DNA of 64,000 bases from an uncultured cyanobacterium (GTDB lineage: Bacteria; Cyanobacteriota; Cyanobacteriia; Cyanobacteriales; Cyanobacteriaceae). The stretch lies in NCBI GenBank assembly GCA_963710605.1, contig CAVQBA010000004.1, positions 832,001 through 896,000 of the forward strand, given 5' to 3'. The stretch's first letter is position 1, and every line of letters begins with the position of its first letter. Under the pieces are notes generated by a model, which was given only the letters and a program-made list of their open reading frames with translations, was not told the origin of the DNA and did not search any database. Shown here one piece after another: positions 1-9,810 of the stretch. The position numbers and the translations under genes were made by a program.

Positions 1-630
1 AGCCCCAGTAAAAGATGCTACGATCGCTGTTTCTAAAGTAAGATTAGATATATCTTGCATCAACTCTTCAATCATAAACATAATACCAGCAATCGGAGTA
101 TTAAACCCTGCGGCTAATCCGGCGGCGGCACCTGCGGCTATCATCTGTCTTTTATGTTCAGGAGATGTGGGGACAAAACGAGTTAATTCCCCTGCAATAG
201 CCGCCCCGATATGTACTGTGGGGGCTCTTCTACCTAAAGGTAATCCTGCTCCTAAAACCAAAATTGTGCCGATAATTTTGACAATAACTACCCGAAAAGA
301 TAAAGGTATTTTTAAACGATTCAAAGCCGCTTTTACTTGTGGTATTCCTCCTCCTGCGGCACTTGGCTCAAAATACTCGACAAAAAAACCAGCAATCGTA
401 CCTAAGACTAAGCCGAATAACGGTAAGACAATTCTGGCATCCCATTGATTAGTTAATTGTAAACGATAGCTTCCGAGAAAACTGATTCCTTCTTTAAGTA
501 ATAATGCCGCTAAACCTGAAAAGATACCAATCAAACTAGCTTCAATTAAAGCATAACGAGTGGAAATGGAATTTCGGGCAAAATGTCTAGTTTTTAACCA
601 ATTACGAAAACGACGAATGATGAATAACAA
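1..630 (-). CDS. ClC-family chloride channel/transporter, 5' part (runs off window start)
   Basis: My translation from TTG at 630 gives LLFIIRRFRNW...GGGIPQVK...LPLGRRAPTVHIGAA...AAGAAAGLAAGFNTPIAGIMFMIEE, which are ClC signature motifs. Not in the ORF track because it is truncated. Confidence 0.9.
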   Translation of the reverse strand, partial: MLFIIRRFRNWLKTRHFARNSISTRYALIEASLIGIFSGLAALLLKEGISFLGSYRLQLTNQWDARIVLPLFGLVLGTIAGFFVEYFEPSAAGGGIPQVKAALNRLKIPLSFRVVIVKIIGTILVLGAGLPLGRRAPTVHIGAAIAGELTRFVPTSPEHKRQMIAAGAAAGLAAGFNTPIAGIMFMIEELMQDISNLTLETAIVASFTGA

Positions 631-665
631 TTGATAATTGATAATTGATAATTGACAATTGACAA
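631..665. repeat. Heptamer tandem repeat (TTGATAA/TTGACAA, STRR-like)
   Basis: ttgataa x3 then ttgacaa x2. A second heptamer run (attctac/attctat) lies at ~714-740. Confidence 0.85.
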
Positions 666-753
666 CGAGTAAATTATTGAGCTGAGAATCAAGAATTCAC
701 AGTTTTTACATTTATTCTACATTCTATATTCTACATTCTAAGTTTACTCATTC

Positions 754-1224
754 TTACTTTGTTTCTCGGTGATGGGTAAACCACGATCGAATTAAACCAC
801 GACAAGACTCTTCACAAATCCCGGCAAATACTTGCAAACTATGATTAGAAGCATTACTATCAGGTAGATTGAGTACTGTCCTAATCGCTCCTGTTTTGTA
901 GTCATCCAGACCATAAATTAGAGTTTTTAATCTTGCTTGAATAATTGCACCTGCACACATCGGACAGGGTTCTAAAGTTACATATAAACTACATTTATTT
1001 AATTGCCAAGTAGCTAATTTTTGACTTGCTTTTTGAATTGCTAAAATTTCAGCGTGGGCGGTAGCGTCTTGATTTTGTTGTTTTTGATTGTAAGCAGTAG
1101 CAACCAAATTATTTTGCTCATCGATTATTACCGCACCGACAGGTATTTCTCCTTCTTTTCCTGCTTGTTGAGCTAAATCAATCGCTTTTTTCATCCAATA
1201 TTGATGACGTAACAACTCTTCCAT
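754..1224 (-). CDS. tadA: tRNA adenosine(34) deaminase
   Basis: GEIPVGAV, HAE and TLEPCPMC zinc-deaminase motifs. Confidence 0.95.
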   Translation of the reverse strand: MEELLRHQYWMKKAIDLAQQAGKEGEIPVGAVIIDEQNNLVATAYNQKQQNQDATAHAEILAIQKASQKLATWQLNKCSLYVTLEPCPMCAGAIIQARLKTLIYGLDDYKTGAIRTVLNLPDSNASNHSLQVFAGICEESCRGLIRSWFTHHRETK

Positions 1225-1399
1225 TAATTATCAATTAAGTCGGTAAACAAAATTAATTGTATGTTAGTTTAATCTTTAGCTTGACGACTTTTGAAAACCG
1301 CACCTCCAATGTAATTAATATTGAAGCTCGATCGTTTTTTGTTAAAATAATATTTTGTAATTAAAGAAAAATCAATTAATGAAAAGGAGTGTTTAATTT

Positions 1400-1741
1400 T
1401 TGGCTAAACTATCTCCTCAAGTATTAACTGCCATTTTTAGTTTACAAAGACAGTTAATTGAACTTATTGCTGAAACAAAAGTAACTGAATTTAGTCTTTT
1501 TGAACGTTATGGTGAAACAGAAGAAACATTACCTGAATTGGAGCAAATTCAGAATTGTTTAGAAAGATTAAAAAACCCTTATTCTCGTCTTCATACCTTA
1601 ACCCTTAGAATTTATGAATATTATCTGGTAGCTCCTAGTGCTATTGTAGAATTATTAAATGAAACCATAGAACAAGCTCAAATCTCAGCTAATGTAGTGG
1701 CAGCAAGTCTATCTGAAACCAAAAGAAATTGGAGATTATGA
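1400..1741 (+). CDS. Hypothetical helical protein, first gene of an overlapping pair
   Basis: 113-aa ORF with TTG start, AGGAG RBS at 1385-1389 and extended -10-like TGtTAAAAT at 1340-1348. Confidence 0.75.
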   Translation: MAKLSPQVLTAIFSLQRQLIELIAETKVTEFSLFERYGETEETLPELEQIQNCLERLKNPYSRLHTLTLRIYEYYLVAPSAIVELLNETIEQAQISANVVAASLSETKRNWRL

Positions 1742-1929
1742 TGAACGATCGATTTTCTGATATTCCCGAACAAAAAGTAAGAACAAAAAGCGTGGCTAAA
1801 TGGCGAGAAGCTTGTCGTAAATTAGATTTAGTTACCTTAAAATTTGATGAATTAATTGCCATGATTGAAGTTGATTTACGTCATCAAAGTTTGGAGAGAC
1901 TTCAAAATAAAATTGAATTGAAGGATTAG
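1729..1929 (+). CDS. Small hypothetical protein coupled to the upstream ORF
   Basis: Overlaps the upstream stop (ATGA at 1738-1741); the real start is probably 1738. Coiled-coil-like sequence. Confidence 0.65.
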   Translation: MEIMMNDRFSDIPEQKVRTKSVAKWREACRKLDLVTLKFDELIAMIEVDLRHQSLERLQNKIELKD

Positions 1930-2035
1930 CTCGATCGTCTTTTATTTTAAAGGGAAAAAATGGTAAGATTCAGAAAAAAAGAGTACGATCGCTCGGTGCG
2001 TAGCCAATTATGTTAGCTTCCCAATGATAAACTGA

Positions 2036-2128
2036 TTAATTTATTCTCTGAGGTATCTCGCTCGCTGCTTGTTGAGCTAAATCGATCGCTTTTTTCATCC
2101 AATATTGATGACGTAACAACTTTTCCAT
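2036..2128 (-). pseudogene. Truncated duplicate of the tadA 5' end (30 codons)
   Basis: 2065-2128 matches tadA 1161-1224 at 62/64 nt and reads MEKLLRHQYWMKKAIDLAQQAASEIPQRIN*. Confidence 0.9.
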
Positions 2129-2218
2129 ACATTATGCAAAATAAATACTAGAAACCAAGTTATTAATTTTAACGCTATTAAACGATCGTACTATTATTAA
2201 TTTTAACTATTATTATAT

Positions 2219-2497
2219 TTAGAAAATATCGGGAATATAAAATTCTCCTAGTGTAGGATATAATTCAACAAATAAAAGATCTGGATCCATAATAGTACCT
2301 TCTGGTATTCGTAATTTAAAACAAATGAGCCAACCTTCTATTCTTTTAGATAAACATTTTTTGGCTTTACCTTCTAAATATTTAACAAAGTCTAATTTTA
2401 ATGTATCGTCTATATTAGATTTTTTAAGAATCTTTCGAGAAACTATTACTACATCTTCTAAAGAATTAACCTTTCTAATTTCTTCGGCTAAAAGCAT
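2219..2497 (-). CDS. Hypothetical protein
   Basis: 92-aa ORF with no recognised motif; AT-rich. Confidence 0.5.
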   Translation of the reverse strand: MLLAEEIRKVNSLEDVVIVSRKILKKSNIDDTLKLDFVKYLEGKAKKCLSKRIEGWLICFKLRIPEGTIMDPDLLFVELYPTLGEFYIPDIF

Positions 2498-2630
2498 TAT
2501 ATTCGTTCTTTAATGTCCTAAATTGTTTTGCTGATATTTTTTATTAGTAAGGATAACATACGATCGATATTATTAAGCATTAACCTTCTTTTATTATTTG
2601 ATTAATTGTTGTAAAGAGTAAATAAATATT

Positions 2631-3320
2631 TTAAGGAACAATTTCTACTAATATTCCTGTATCGAGAAAATCATAAATTTCATCTACATCATTATTTTTG
2701 AGAGAGATACATCCTAACGTCCAATTCGATTTTCTTTCAATTAAAGAATCACTTTCATTTGGCACTCCATGAATACCAATTTCACTACCAATAGGAAAAA
2801 CCCATTTAAGATTTCCGTTTGATTTAGCTTGAAAATGTTCTCGCCAAGATTCTGCCCTTGGGTAATCTAACCAGATAAATTTTGACCAACTCTCATGTGG
2901 ATATAAATCTCTGACATAGTAAATTCCTTCAGGAGTTTTTCTATCTCCTTCACGAAGTTTATCTCCTGTAGGATTACCACCAAAGACAACAGGATAAGAT
3001 TTTACGGCTTGAAGATTGTTAAAAATGGTCAGTTTATATTTAGATTTCTCAATCAAAATTGAAATATTTTTGACTTCATCTTCCTGATTTATTAAATTTT
3101 TTAGTGGTTGTTGATAGTTTAATAAATCATCGCTATTACCAGAAAGTGGATGTACCGCTTTTTCAGCTTGACAAAATAGACACAAGAATGCAGGTATTTG
3201 CTTAGGAGACATCAAAAAACCAAGTCTAAATAGCAAAAAATAAACACTGCCACTTGCTCCCAAAATCAATACTGTTAAGGTTAAAACGATCGATTTTTTA
3301 ACAGTAAATTTTAATCTCAT
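2631..3320 (-). CDS. L,D-transpeptidase (YkuD) family protein
   Basis: N-terminal TM segment; K-x-x-EGD-x-KTPEG and IGIHG...WTLGCI catalytic His/Cys motifs. Confidence 0.9.
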   Translation of the reverse strand: MRLKFTVKKSIVLTLTVLILGASGSVYFLLFRLGFLMSPKQIPAFLCLFCQAEKAVHPLSGNSDDLLNYQQPLKNLINQEDEVKNISILIEKSKYKLTIFNNLQAVKSYPVVFGGNPTGDKLREGDRKTPEGIYYVRDLYPHESWSKFIWLDYPRAESWREHFQAKSNGNLKWVFPIGSEIGIHGVPNESDSLIERKSNWTLGCISLKNNDVDEIYDFLDTGILVEIVP

Positions 3321-3434
3321 CTAGATTTTTAAATATAATTTAAATTCAAGGTTATATTTATAATATATTACCAAAGCTAACCAATGAGCTTTATTTCAAT
3401 GAACTACTAAATAGATTTTTAAAATATAATTATA

Positions 3435-3794
3435 TTATTTTTCAATCCGCTTTAATTGAGATATATGTTCGATAATTTTATCATCTGTAATTTCTCCATC
3501 AATATAAGGAGACGAAAGTTGTTGCAATACATACCACATTGATTCATAATTATCGCATTTTTTATCGTCTTCCCAGTCAGGAGAAATATAAATATCGTTA
3601 AAAAGAAGAAAAGAAGACCATTTTGATAATTCTTGAGTAGTGACTTTTTCTTCTAAACATTTTTGAAGCATAGTAATAACGTGTTGAGGACGAACAATAA
3701 TTTCTTCTTTATAAATAATCATTATCACATCTGTTTTTTTTACTTCAGAAATCGAGATAAAACCATTTAAAATTTGTTCGTAAAAATTATTCAT
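3435..3794 (-). CDS. Hypothetical protein
   Basis: 119-aa acidic ORF; no family recognised. Confidence 0.6.
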   Translation of the reverse strand: MNNFYEQILNGFISISEVKKTDVIMIIYKEEIIVRPQHVITMLQKCLEEKVTTQELSKWSSFLLFNDIYISPDWEDDKKCDNYESMWYVLQQLSSPYIDGEITDDKIIEHISQLKRIEK

Positions 3795-3854
3795 TTATCA
3801 GATGAATGAGGTTTAGGTAGAATTTAAACTTAATGAAAAAGTATAATTTTACCC

Positions 3855-3883
3855 GTAGGGGTTGAACATTGTTCAACCCTCTA
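3855..3883. repeat. GTAG-type REP-like palindrome
   Basis: gtag-gggttgaaca-t-tgttcaaccc-tcta hairpin downstream of uvrB. Confidence 0.7.
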
Positions 3884-3927
3884 ATTCAATTCAATAAACC
3901 TTTTAACCAAAATAATATTATTCGTAA

Positions 3928-5919
3928 TTAATTAGCAAGTAATTTAGAACGTAATTGTTTAATTTTATCTCGATATTCTGCCGCTTCTTCATATTCTAAA
4001 TTTTTAGCTGATTCTTGCATTCTTGCTTCAAATTGTTTAATTAAACCCGGTAATTTATCAAGAGTAATATTATCAATTTGTTCGACTACTTGTTCTAATT
4101 CTTGTTGATTTAATCTTCGAGAAATATCTAAGAATTCTAAAATTTTATTAGTTGATTTTTTATTAATAGAAGTTGGAGTAATATTATTTTTAATATTATA
4201 TTCTGATTGTATTTGCCGACGACGATTAGTTTCCTCGATCGCTTTTTCCATACTATTAGTAAAATTATCAGCATACAAAATCGCCCTTCCATCTACATGA
4301 CGTGCCGCTCTACCTATAGTTTGAATTAACGATCGCTCAGAACGTAAAAAGCCTTCTTTATCAGCATCAAGGATAACTACCAAAGAAACTTCAGGTAAAT
4401 CTAAACCCTCTCTGAGTAAATTCACCCCAACTAAAACATCAAATTCACCCGCTTGTAAACTTTGTAAAATTTCAATTCTTTCTATTGATTGAATCTCTGA
4501 ATGTAGATATTGAACTTTAATTTCTCTTTCTTGTAAATAGTTAGTTAAATCCTCCGACATTTTTTTAGTTAAAGTAGTAATCAAAACCCTTTCATTTCGT
4601 TTTACTCTAGTTTTAATTTCCCCTAACAAGTCATCAACTTGCCCGTGAGTTGGACGAACATCTATTTCTGGGTCTAAAATACCAGTAGGACGAATAATCT
4701 GTTCATAAACATGACCATCTGATTGCTCTATCTCCCAATTGCTCGGAGTTGCGGAAACAAAAATACATTGATTTACCTTCTGCCAAAATTCATCAGCTTT
4801 TAACGGGCGATTATCAGCCGCACTAGGTAAACGAAAACCATAATCAATCAAAACTTTTTTACGAGCTTGATCACCATTGTACATACCTCTAATCTGCGGT
4901 ACAGTAACATGAGACTCATCTACTACCAATAACCAATCATCAGGAAAATAATCAACTAAACACTCAGGTGGTTGTCCTTTTTTCTTACCCGTCAGATGGC
5001 GAGAATAGTTTTCTACCCCGTTACAATAACCAACTTCAACTAACATTTCTAAATCGTAACGAGTTTTTTGTTTTAGTCTTTGTGCCTCCACTAATTGACC
5101 TTCTTTTTCCAAAAAAGCCAATCTTTGCTCCAATTCGTCTTTAATATTAACTAAAGCAGTTTGTAATCTATCTTCAGGTGTGACAAAGTGTTTAGCAGGA
5201 TAAATGTTAATATACTTTAATTCCTCAATTAATTCGCCTGTAACGGGGTCTAAAAGAGAAATAGACTCGATTTCATCTCCAAAAAATTGGACTCTCACAA
5301 CCCTATCTTCGTAGGCTGGGACGATTTCTAAAACATCTCCTTTAAGCCGAAATGTACCACGAGATAAGGCAACATCGTTGCGAGAATATTGTACATTAAC
5401 TAAGTCACGAATCAACTCACGAGGATCGTACTCTTGTTCTATTTCTAGAGGGATTGATGCTTTAAGGTATTCAATCGGCATCCCTAAGCCATAGATACAA
5501 CTGATAGATGCGACTACGATAACATCATCTCTTTCAAATAACGATCGAGTTGCCGAGTGACGTAACATATCAATTTCGTCGTTAATCGAAGATGTTTTTT
5601 CGATATAAGTATCGGTAACGGGTATATATGCTTCGGGTTGATAATAATCGTAATAACTGACAAAATATTCGACTGCATTATCAGGGAAGAATTGTCTTAA
5701 TTCATTACATAATTGAGCGGCTAAAGTTTTGTTGTGGGCTAAAACAAGAGTTGGTTTTTTGTGTTGAGCAATGGTACAAGCGATCGTATATGTTTTACCT
5801 GTACCTGTAGCACCAAGTAGAGTTTGATAAGGATTATCCTGTTGTAATGATTTTACTATTGAATCGATCGCAGAGGGTTGATCTCCTGTCGGGGAAAATG
5901 GTGCTTGTAGATTAAACAT
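3928..5919 (-). CDS. uvrB: Excinuclease ABC subunit B
   Basis: [18 protein letters not shown] beta-hairpin, DESH and C-terminal UVR domain. Start placed at ATG 5919 (MFNLQAPF). Confidence 0.97.
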   Translation of the reverse strand: MFNLQAPFSPTGDQPSAIDSIVKSLQQDNPYQTLLGATGTGKTYTIACTIAQHKKPTLVLAHNKTLAAQLCNELRQFFPDNAVEYFVSYYDYYQPEAYIPVTDTYIEKTSSINDEIDMLRHSATRSLFERDDVIVVASISCIYGLGMPIEYLKASIPLEIEQEYDPRELIRDLVNVQYSRNDVALSRGTFRLKGDVLEIVPAYEDRVVRVQFFGDEIESISLLDPVTGELIEELKYINIYPAKHFVTPEDRLQTALVNIKDELEQRLAFLEKEGQLVEAQRLKQKTRYDLEMLVEVGYCNGVENYSRHLTGKKKGQPPECLVDYFPDDWLLVVDESHVTVPQIRGMYNGDQARKKVLIDYGFRLPSAADNRPLKADEFWQKVNQCIFVSATPSNWEIEQSDGHVYEQIIRPTGILDPEIDVRPTHGQVDDLLGEIKTRVKRNERVLITTLTKKMSEDLTNYLQEREIKVQYLHSEIQSIERIEILQSLQAGEFDVLVGVNLLREGLDLPEVSLVVILDADKEGFLRSERSLIQTIGRAARHVDGRAILYADNFTNSMEKAIEETNRRRQIQSEYNIKNNITPTSINKKSTNKILEFLDISRRLNQQELEQVVEQIDNITLDKLPGLIKQFEARMQESAKNLEYEEAAEYRDKIKQLRSKLLAN

Positions 5920-6158
5920 AAAATAGGTAATAATTGACAATTGATAATTATTTATAAACCCCAAACTCACTTAAAATACGATCGTTGAGTACGTTTATAT
6001 TCTTACTCCTACTATTTTATCAAGGGTGACATATAGTTGGTATGGTTATATTTAGTGAATCTAAGTTCTATCGATTGCTACTCATCATATAATTAAATTC
6101 GTTTTTCCTGTAGATGATAGAATTTAAAAGAATTATCAGCCCAAATACAAAATAAAAT

Positions 6159-7158
6159 ATGCGTGTAGTTTTTTTCGGTACACCCGAATTTGCTGTCAAT
6201 ACATTAGAAAAATTAATTAGTCATAATCATCACGAAGTTATCGCCGTTGTCACTCAACCCGATAAAATTAGAGGTAGAGGTAGAAAAGTAAGCCCCTCAG
6301 CAGTTAAAGCATTTGCCTTAAAACATAATTTACCTGTATGGCAACCGAATCGAATTAAAAAAGATACGACCACATTAGATTTATTGGTACAAACTGAAGC
6401 AGACGTTTTTGTAGTTGTTGCTTATGGGCAAATTTTATCTCGCCAAATATTAGCAATACCCAAACATGGTTGTATTAATGTTCATGGTTCTATATTACCC
6501 GAATATCGAGGTGCTGCTCCAATTCAATGGAGTATTTATGATGGCAAAGAGGAAACTGGCATCACGACGATGTTAATGGATGAAGGGATGGATACAGGAG
6601 ATATGTTATTGAAAGATTATACCTCGATTCAATCTATTTAGTAACACGGAAACCTTATCAGAAAAACTAGCAACACAAGGGGCAGATTTATTAATCGAAA
6701 CATTAGACAAGTTAGCATCTGAAGAATTACAACCAATTGCTCAAGATGATGATTTAGCTACTTATGCTCGTATGATTAATAAAGATGATTGGTTAATTGA
6801 TTGGCAACAATCAGCTATGCAAATTCATAACCAAATTAGAGCATTTTATCCTAATGTTATTACCAGTTTTCGGGAGCAAAAATTGAAAATAACTAAAACG
6901 TTACCTTTATCAGTTATAAAATCAATCTCTTTACCTGCTGGTTTCCAAAAGCTACCTAATTATCTTAATGACATAGAAGATATATCAGGAGAAGTAGGAG
7001 AAATAGTTAAAACGATTAAAAATTTTGGTTTTGTTATTCAAACAGGAGAAGGTTTGTTATTAATTTTAGAAGTACAATTAGCAGGTAAAAAATTACAATC
7101 AGCTTGGAATTTTATCAACGGTAGTCGTTTGAGTTTAGGTGAAAAACTTGGTGAATAA
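6159..7158 (+). CDS. fmt: Methionyl-tRNA formyltransferase, split by a +1 frameshift near 6628-6630
   Basis: FFGTPEFA and [18 protein letters not shown] in one frame. [21 protein letters not shown]...ATYARMINK continues in the next frame up to 7158. Confidence 0.93.
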
Positions 7159-7372
7159 TTAATAATTAAGAATTAATAATTATAGAGATTATTTTATAAT
7201 TGAGCTTAAGATTATTATCAGACAAAAAACAAAATCGTTAAGAAAATACCTCTCTTTCTCTATCCTTTAAATACTCTAACTTATTCATTAGATAAAACTC
7301 TCTGCGTCCTCTGCGTACTCTGCGGTTTATTTTACTCTATTCATAAATATTTTAACCAACTAATTGATTACT

Positions 7373-7468
7373 GTAGTTGTTTAAATGAAGTTTGAAACAG
7401 TATAAATAATCAACCCGCCTTGCAATAAATTGACAAGGCTAATAAAATTCGTTTAATAAATTAAACTC
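7373..7468 (+). repeat. Dispersed ~100-bp palindromic repeat, family B, copy 1
   Basis: Closely similar to 57793-57905. Core is gccttgcaataaattgacaaggc-taa-N-cgtttaataaattaaac. Confidence 0.8.
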
Positions 7469-7625
7469 CAATTTACCAGCACTAAGTTGTTTCATTTTTA
7501 TTCAAAATAACTATACTTCGTATTGTAAAAAACGAGTAGGTTAGGACATCAAGTATTACTTGCATACTTATATTTTAATAATTATACCTTTGCCCTTTGA
7601 CCTTTGCCCCTTGACCTTTGCTATA

Positions 7626-8279
7626 TCAATTAGCAAAATCAAACCATTGTTGTAAATCTTGCCACCCTAAACCCTCACGTACAATAGCAGGTTGAGTAGT
7701 CGAAAAATCAATAATTGTCGAAACCTCATAACCTGGTTGAGTACCATCATCAATTATAATATCCACTTTTTTGTCAAAAAAATCGAATAGTTTTGCTTTT
7801 TCCCAATCGTGAGAAGGGAATTCGCCATCTTCATCCATAATGTGGGCTGAAGTGGAGACGATCGGATTATTAAGAGAATTTAATAATGCTTGACAAATAT
7901 TCTTTTCTGGTACACGAATCCCTGTTGTTTTCCGTTTAGGAGACATAACTAACTTCGGTACTAGCTTTGTCGTTGGTAATAAGAAAGTATAAGGACCGGG
8001 AATTACTCTTTTCATGATATAGTATGCTTCATCGTGAACGATCGCATATTCAGAAATATCGGATAAGGAAGAACAAAGAAAAGTAAGAGGTTTGTTGTTC
8101 GACAAATTTTTTATTTCTCTAACTTTTTGTACGGCAGATTTGGCATTAATATCGCAACCGATCGCATATACTGTATCTGTAGGGTAAAGCATCACCGCAC
8201 CCTTTTTTAACGCTTTCGTAATTTCGCTGATACTCCTAGATTGAGGATTAGTAGCATTAAGCTCATATAAAGTTGCCAT
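7626..8279 (-). CDS. Sua5/YciO/YrdC family (L-threonylcarbamoyladenylate synthase-like, YciO type)
   Basis: YPTDTVYAIGC, PGPYTF, TGIRVP and STSA motifs. Confidence 0.9.
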   Translation of the reverse strand: MATLYELNATNPQSRSISEITKALKKGAVMLYPTDTVYAIGCDINAKSAVQKVREIKNLSNNKPLTFLCSSLSDISEYAIVHDEAYYIMKRVIPGPYTFLLPTTKLVPKLVMSPKRKTTGIRVPEKNICQALLNSLNNPIVSTSAHIMDEDGEFPSHDWEKAKLFDFFDKKVDIIIDDGTQPGYEVSTIIDFSTTQPAIVREGLGWQDLQQWFDFAN

Positions 8280-8331
8280 AATTATATTAATTGATAATTG
8301 CTAATCGTTATTTGTATTAATTGTAACTAAA

Positions 8332-9579
8332 ATGTCAAAAATAGCTTATTTACAATGCCCGACAGGAATCGCTGGAGATATGTTTCTGGGGGCTTTGGTT
8401 AGTGCTGGTGTACCGTTAGATTTCCTCATTGAAAATTTAAGCCAACTTAATTTAACTGATGAGTATCAATTACGAGAAGAAAAAGTTGTTAAAAATGGTC
8501 AAAGTGCTACCAAAGTTCATGTTGATTTAACTCATCATTCTCATCATCACCATAGTAACGAACATTCTCACCAACATTCTCATCATCATAATCGTCATCT
8601 ACCTGAAATTAAACAATTAATTGAGCAAACTAATTTACCGTTGAAAGTGAAAGAGAATAGTATTGCTATTTTTGAAAAATTAGCGATCGCAGAAGCTTCT
8701 GTTCATGGTACAACTAAAGATCAAGTTCATTTTCATGAAGTTGGGGCAACCGATGCCTTAGTTGATATTGTCGGTACTTGTATTGGTTTAGATTATTTAC
8801 AAGTTGAAAAGTTATATTGCTCGCCCTTACCTACAGGAGGAGGCACAGTCAAAGCAGAACATGGTGTTTTACCTGTACCTGTACCTGCGGTGTTAGAATT
8901 ATGGCAAAGTCGTAATGTACCTGTTTATAGTAATGGTATCGAGAAAGAATTAGTTACGCCTACAGGGGCGGCAATTGTGACGACATTAGCAACAGATTTT
9001 GGGCAACCACCATCAATGTCTTTAAACAAAATTGGTTTGGGTGCGGGTAATCGGAATTTAATTCAACCCAATATTCTTCGTTTATGGTTAGGAGAAGCAC
9101 AAACAGATACAGCTTTAGAAGAAGTTGTGGTATTAGAAACTCAAATTGATGATTGTAATCCTCAGATATATGGTTATCTTTTAGAAGAGTTACTCAAAAT
9201 TGGTGCAAGAGACGTTTTTACTCAACCCGTCGCCATGAAGAAAAATCGCCCTGGTGTCTTACTTACGGTTATTTGCGATTTGAATAATGTCGAGCAATGT
9301 GAAGCTATTATTTTCACTGAAACTACTACTATTGGTATTCGTCGGCAAATACAATCTCGATCGATTCTCAACAGAAAAATTAAGACAATTTCTACCCCAT
9401 ATGGTGATGTCAGAGTAAAGATAGCATCAAAAGCAGGCACTGTAATTAATATTCAACCAGAATATGATGATTGCGTTATTCTCGCTCGTCAATCTAACCT
9501 CCCTTTTAGCACAATTTTTACATCTGCTCAACAAATTGCCCAACAACAAATAATAGTTAACAATGACGTTGTTAGATGA
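8332..9579 (+). CDS. larC: Nickel pincer cofactor biosynthesis protein LarC
   Basis: GIAGDM, His-rich segment, VHFHEVGATDALVDIVG, ELVTPTGAA, MKKNRPG and PEYDDC. Confidence 0.93.
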   Translation: MSKIAYLQCPTGIAGDMFLGALVSAGVPLDFLIENLSQLNLTDEYQLREEKVVKNGQSATKVHVDLTHHSHHHHSNEHSHQHSHHHNRHLPEIKQLIEQTNLPLKVKENSIAIFEKLAIAEASVHGTTKDQVHFHEVGATDALVDIVGTCIGLDYLQVEKLYCSPLPTGGGTVKAEHGVLPVPVPAVLELWQSRNVPVYSNGIEKELVTPTGAAIVTTLATDFGQPPSMSLNKIGLGAGNRNLIQPNILRLWLGEAQTDTALEEVVVLETQIDDCNPQIYGYLLEELLKIGARDVFTQPVAMKKNRPGVLLTVICDLNNVEQCEAIIFTETTTIGIRRQIQSRSILNRKIKTISTPYGDVRVKIASKAGTVINIQPEYDDCVILARQSNLPFSTIFTSAQQIAQQQIIVNNDVVR

Positions 9580-9810
9580 ATTGATAGTTAATACTGTTTA
9601 ATAATCAAATAAAATAAATTACATCCTTGATGATAATATCGATCGAGTTTTCATGATTACGATAAGAAATAAGTAAGTACTAAATATTGTAATAATAAGT
9701 AGTAGTCTTGTTTGTAGTTATGAGTTAATTTTGAGCAATATATCGGTACAATCAACAAATTGAATCCGTAGTTAAGTTAAACCTAATTACTAATTAATTT
9801 ACTGAGGTTT

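Noticed and set aside
167..448. 93-aa plus-strand ORF
   Set aside because: Antisense shadow of the ClC gene on the minus strand.
5920..5970. 17-aa N-terminal extension of UvrB in the ORF track
   Set aside because: It translates heptamer-repeat DNA (NYQLSII); the conserved protein starts at ATG 5919.
8332..9579. larC near ldhA as a lactate-racemase system
   Set aside because: No larA, larB or larE in the window; the genes are ~8.5 kb apart with unrelated genes between them, and stand-alone larC is usual in cyanobacteria.
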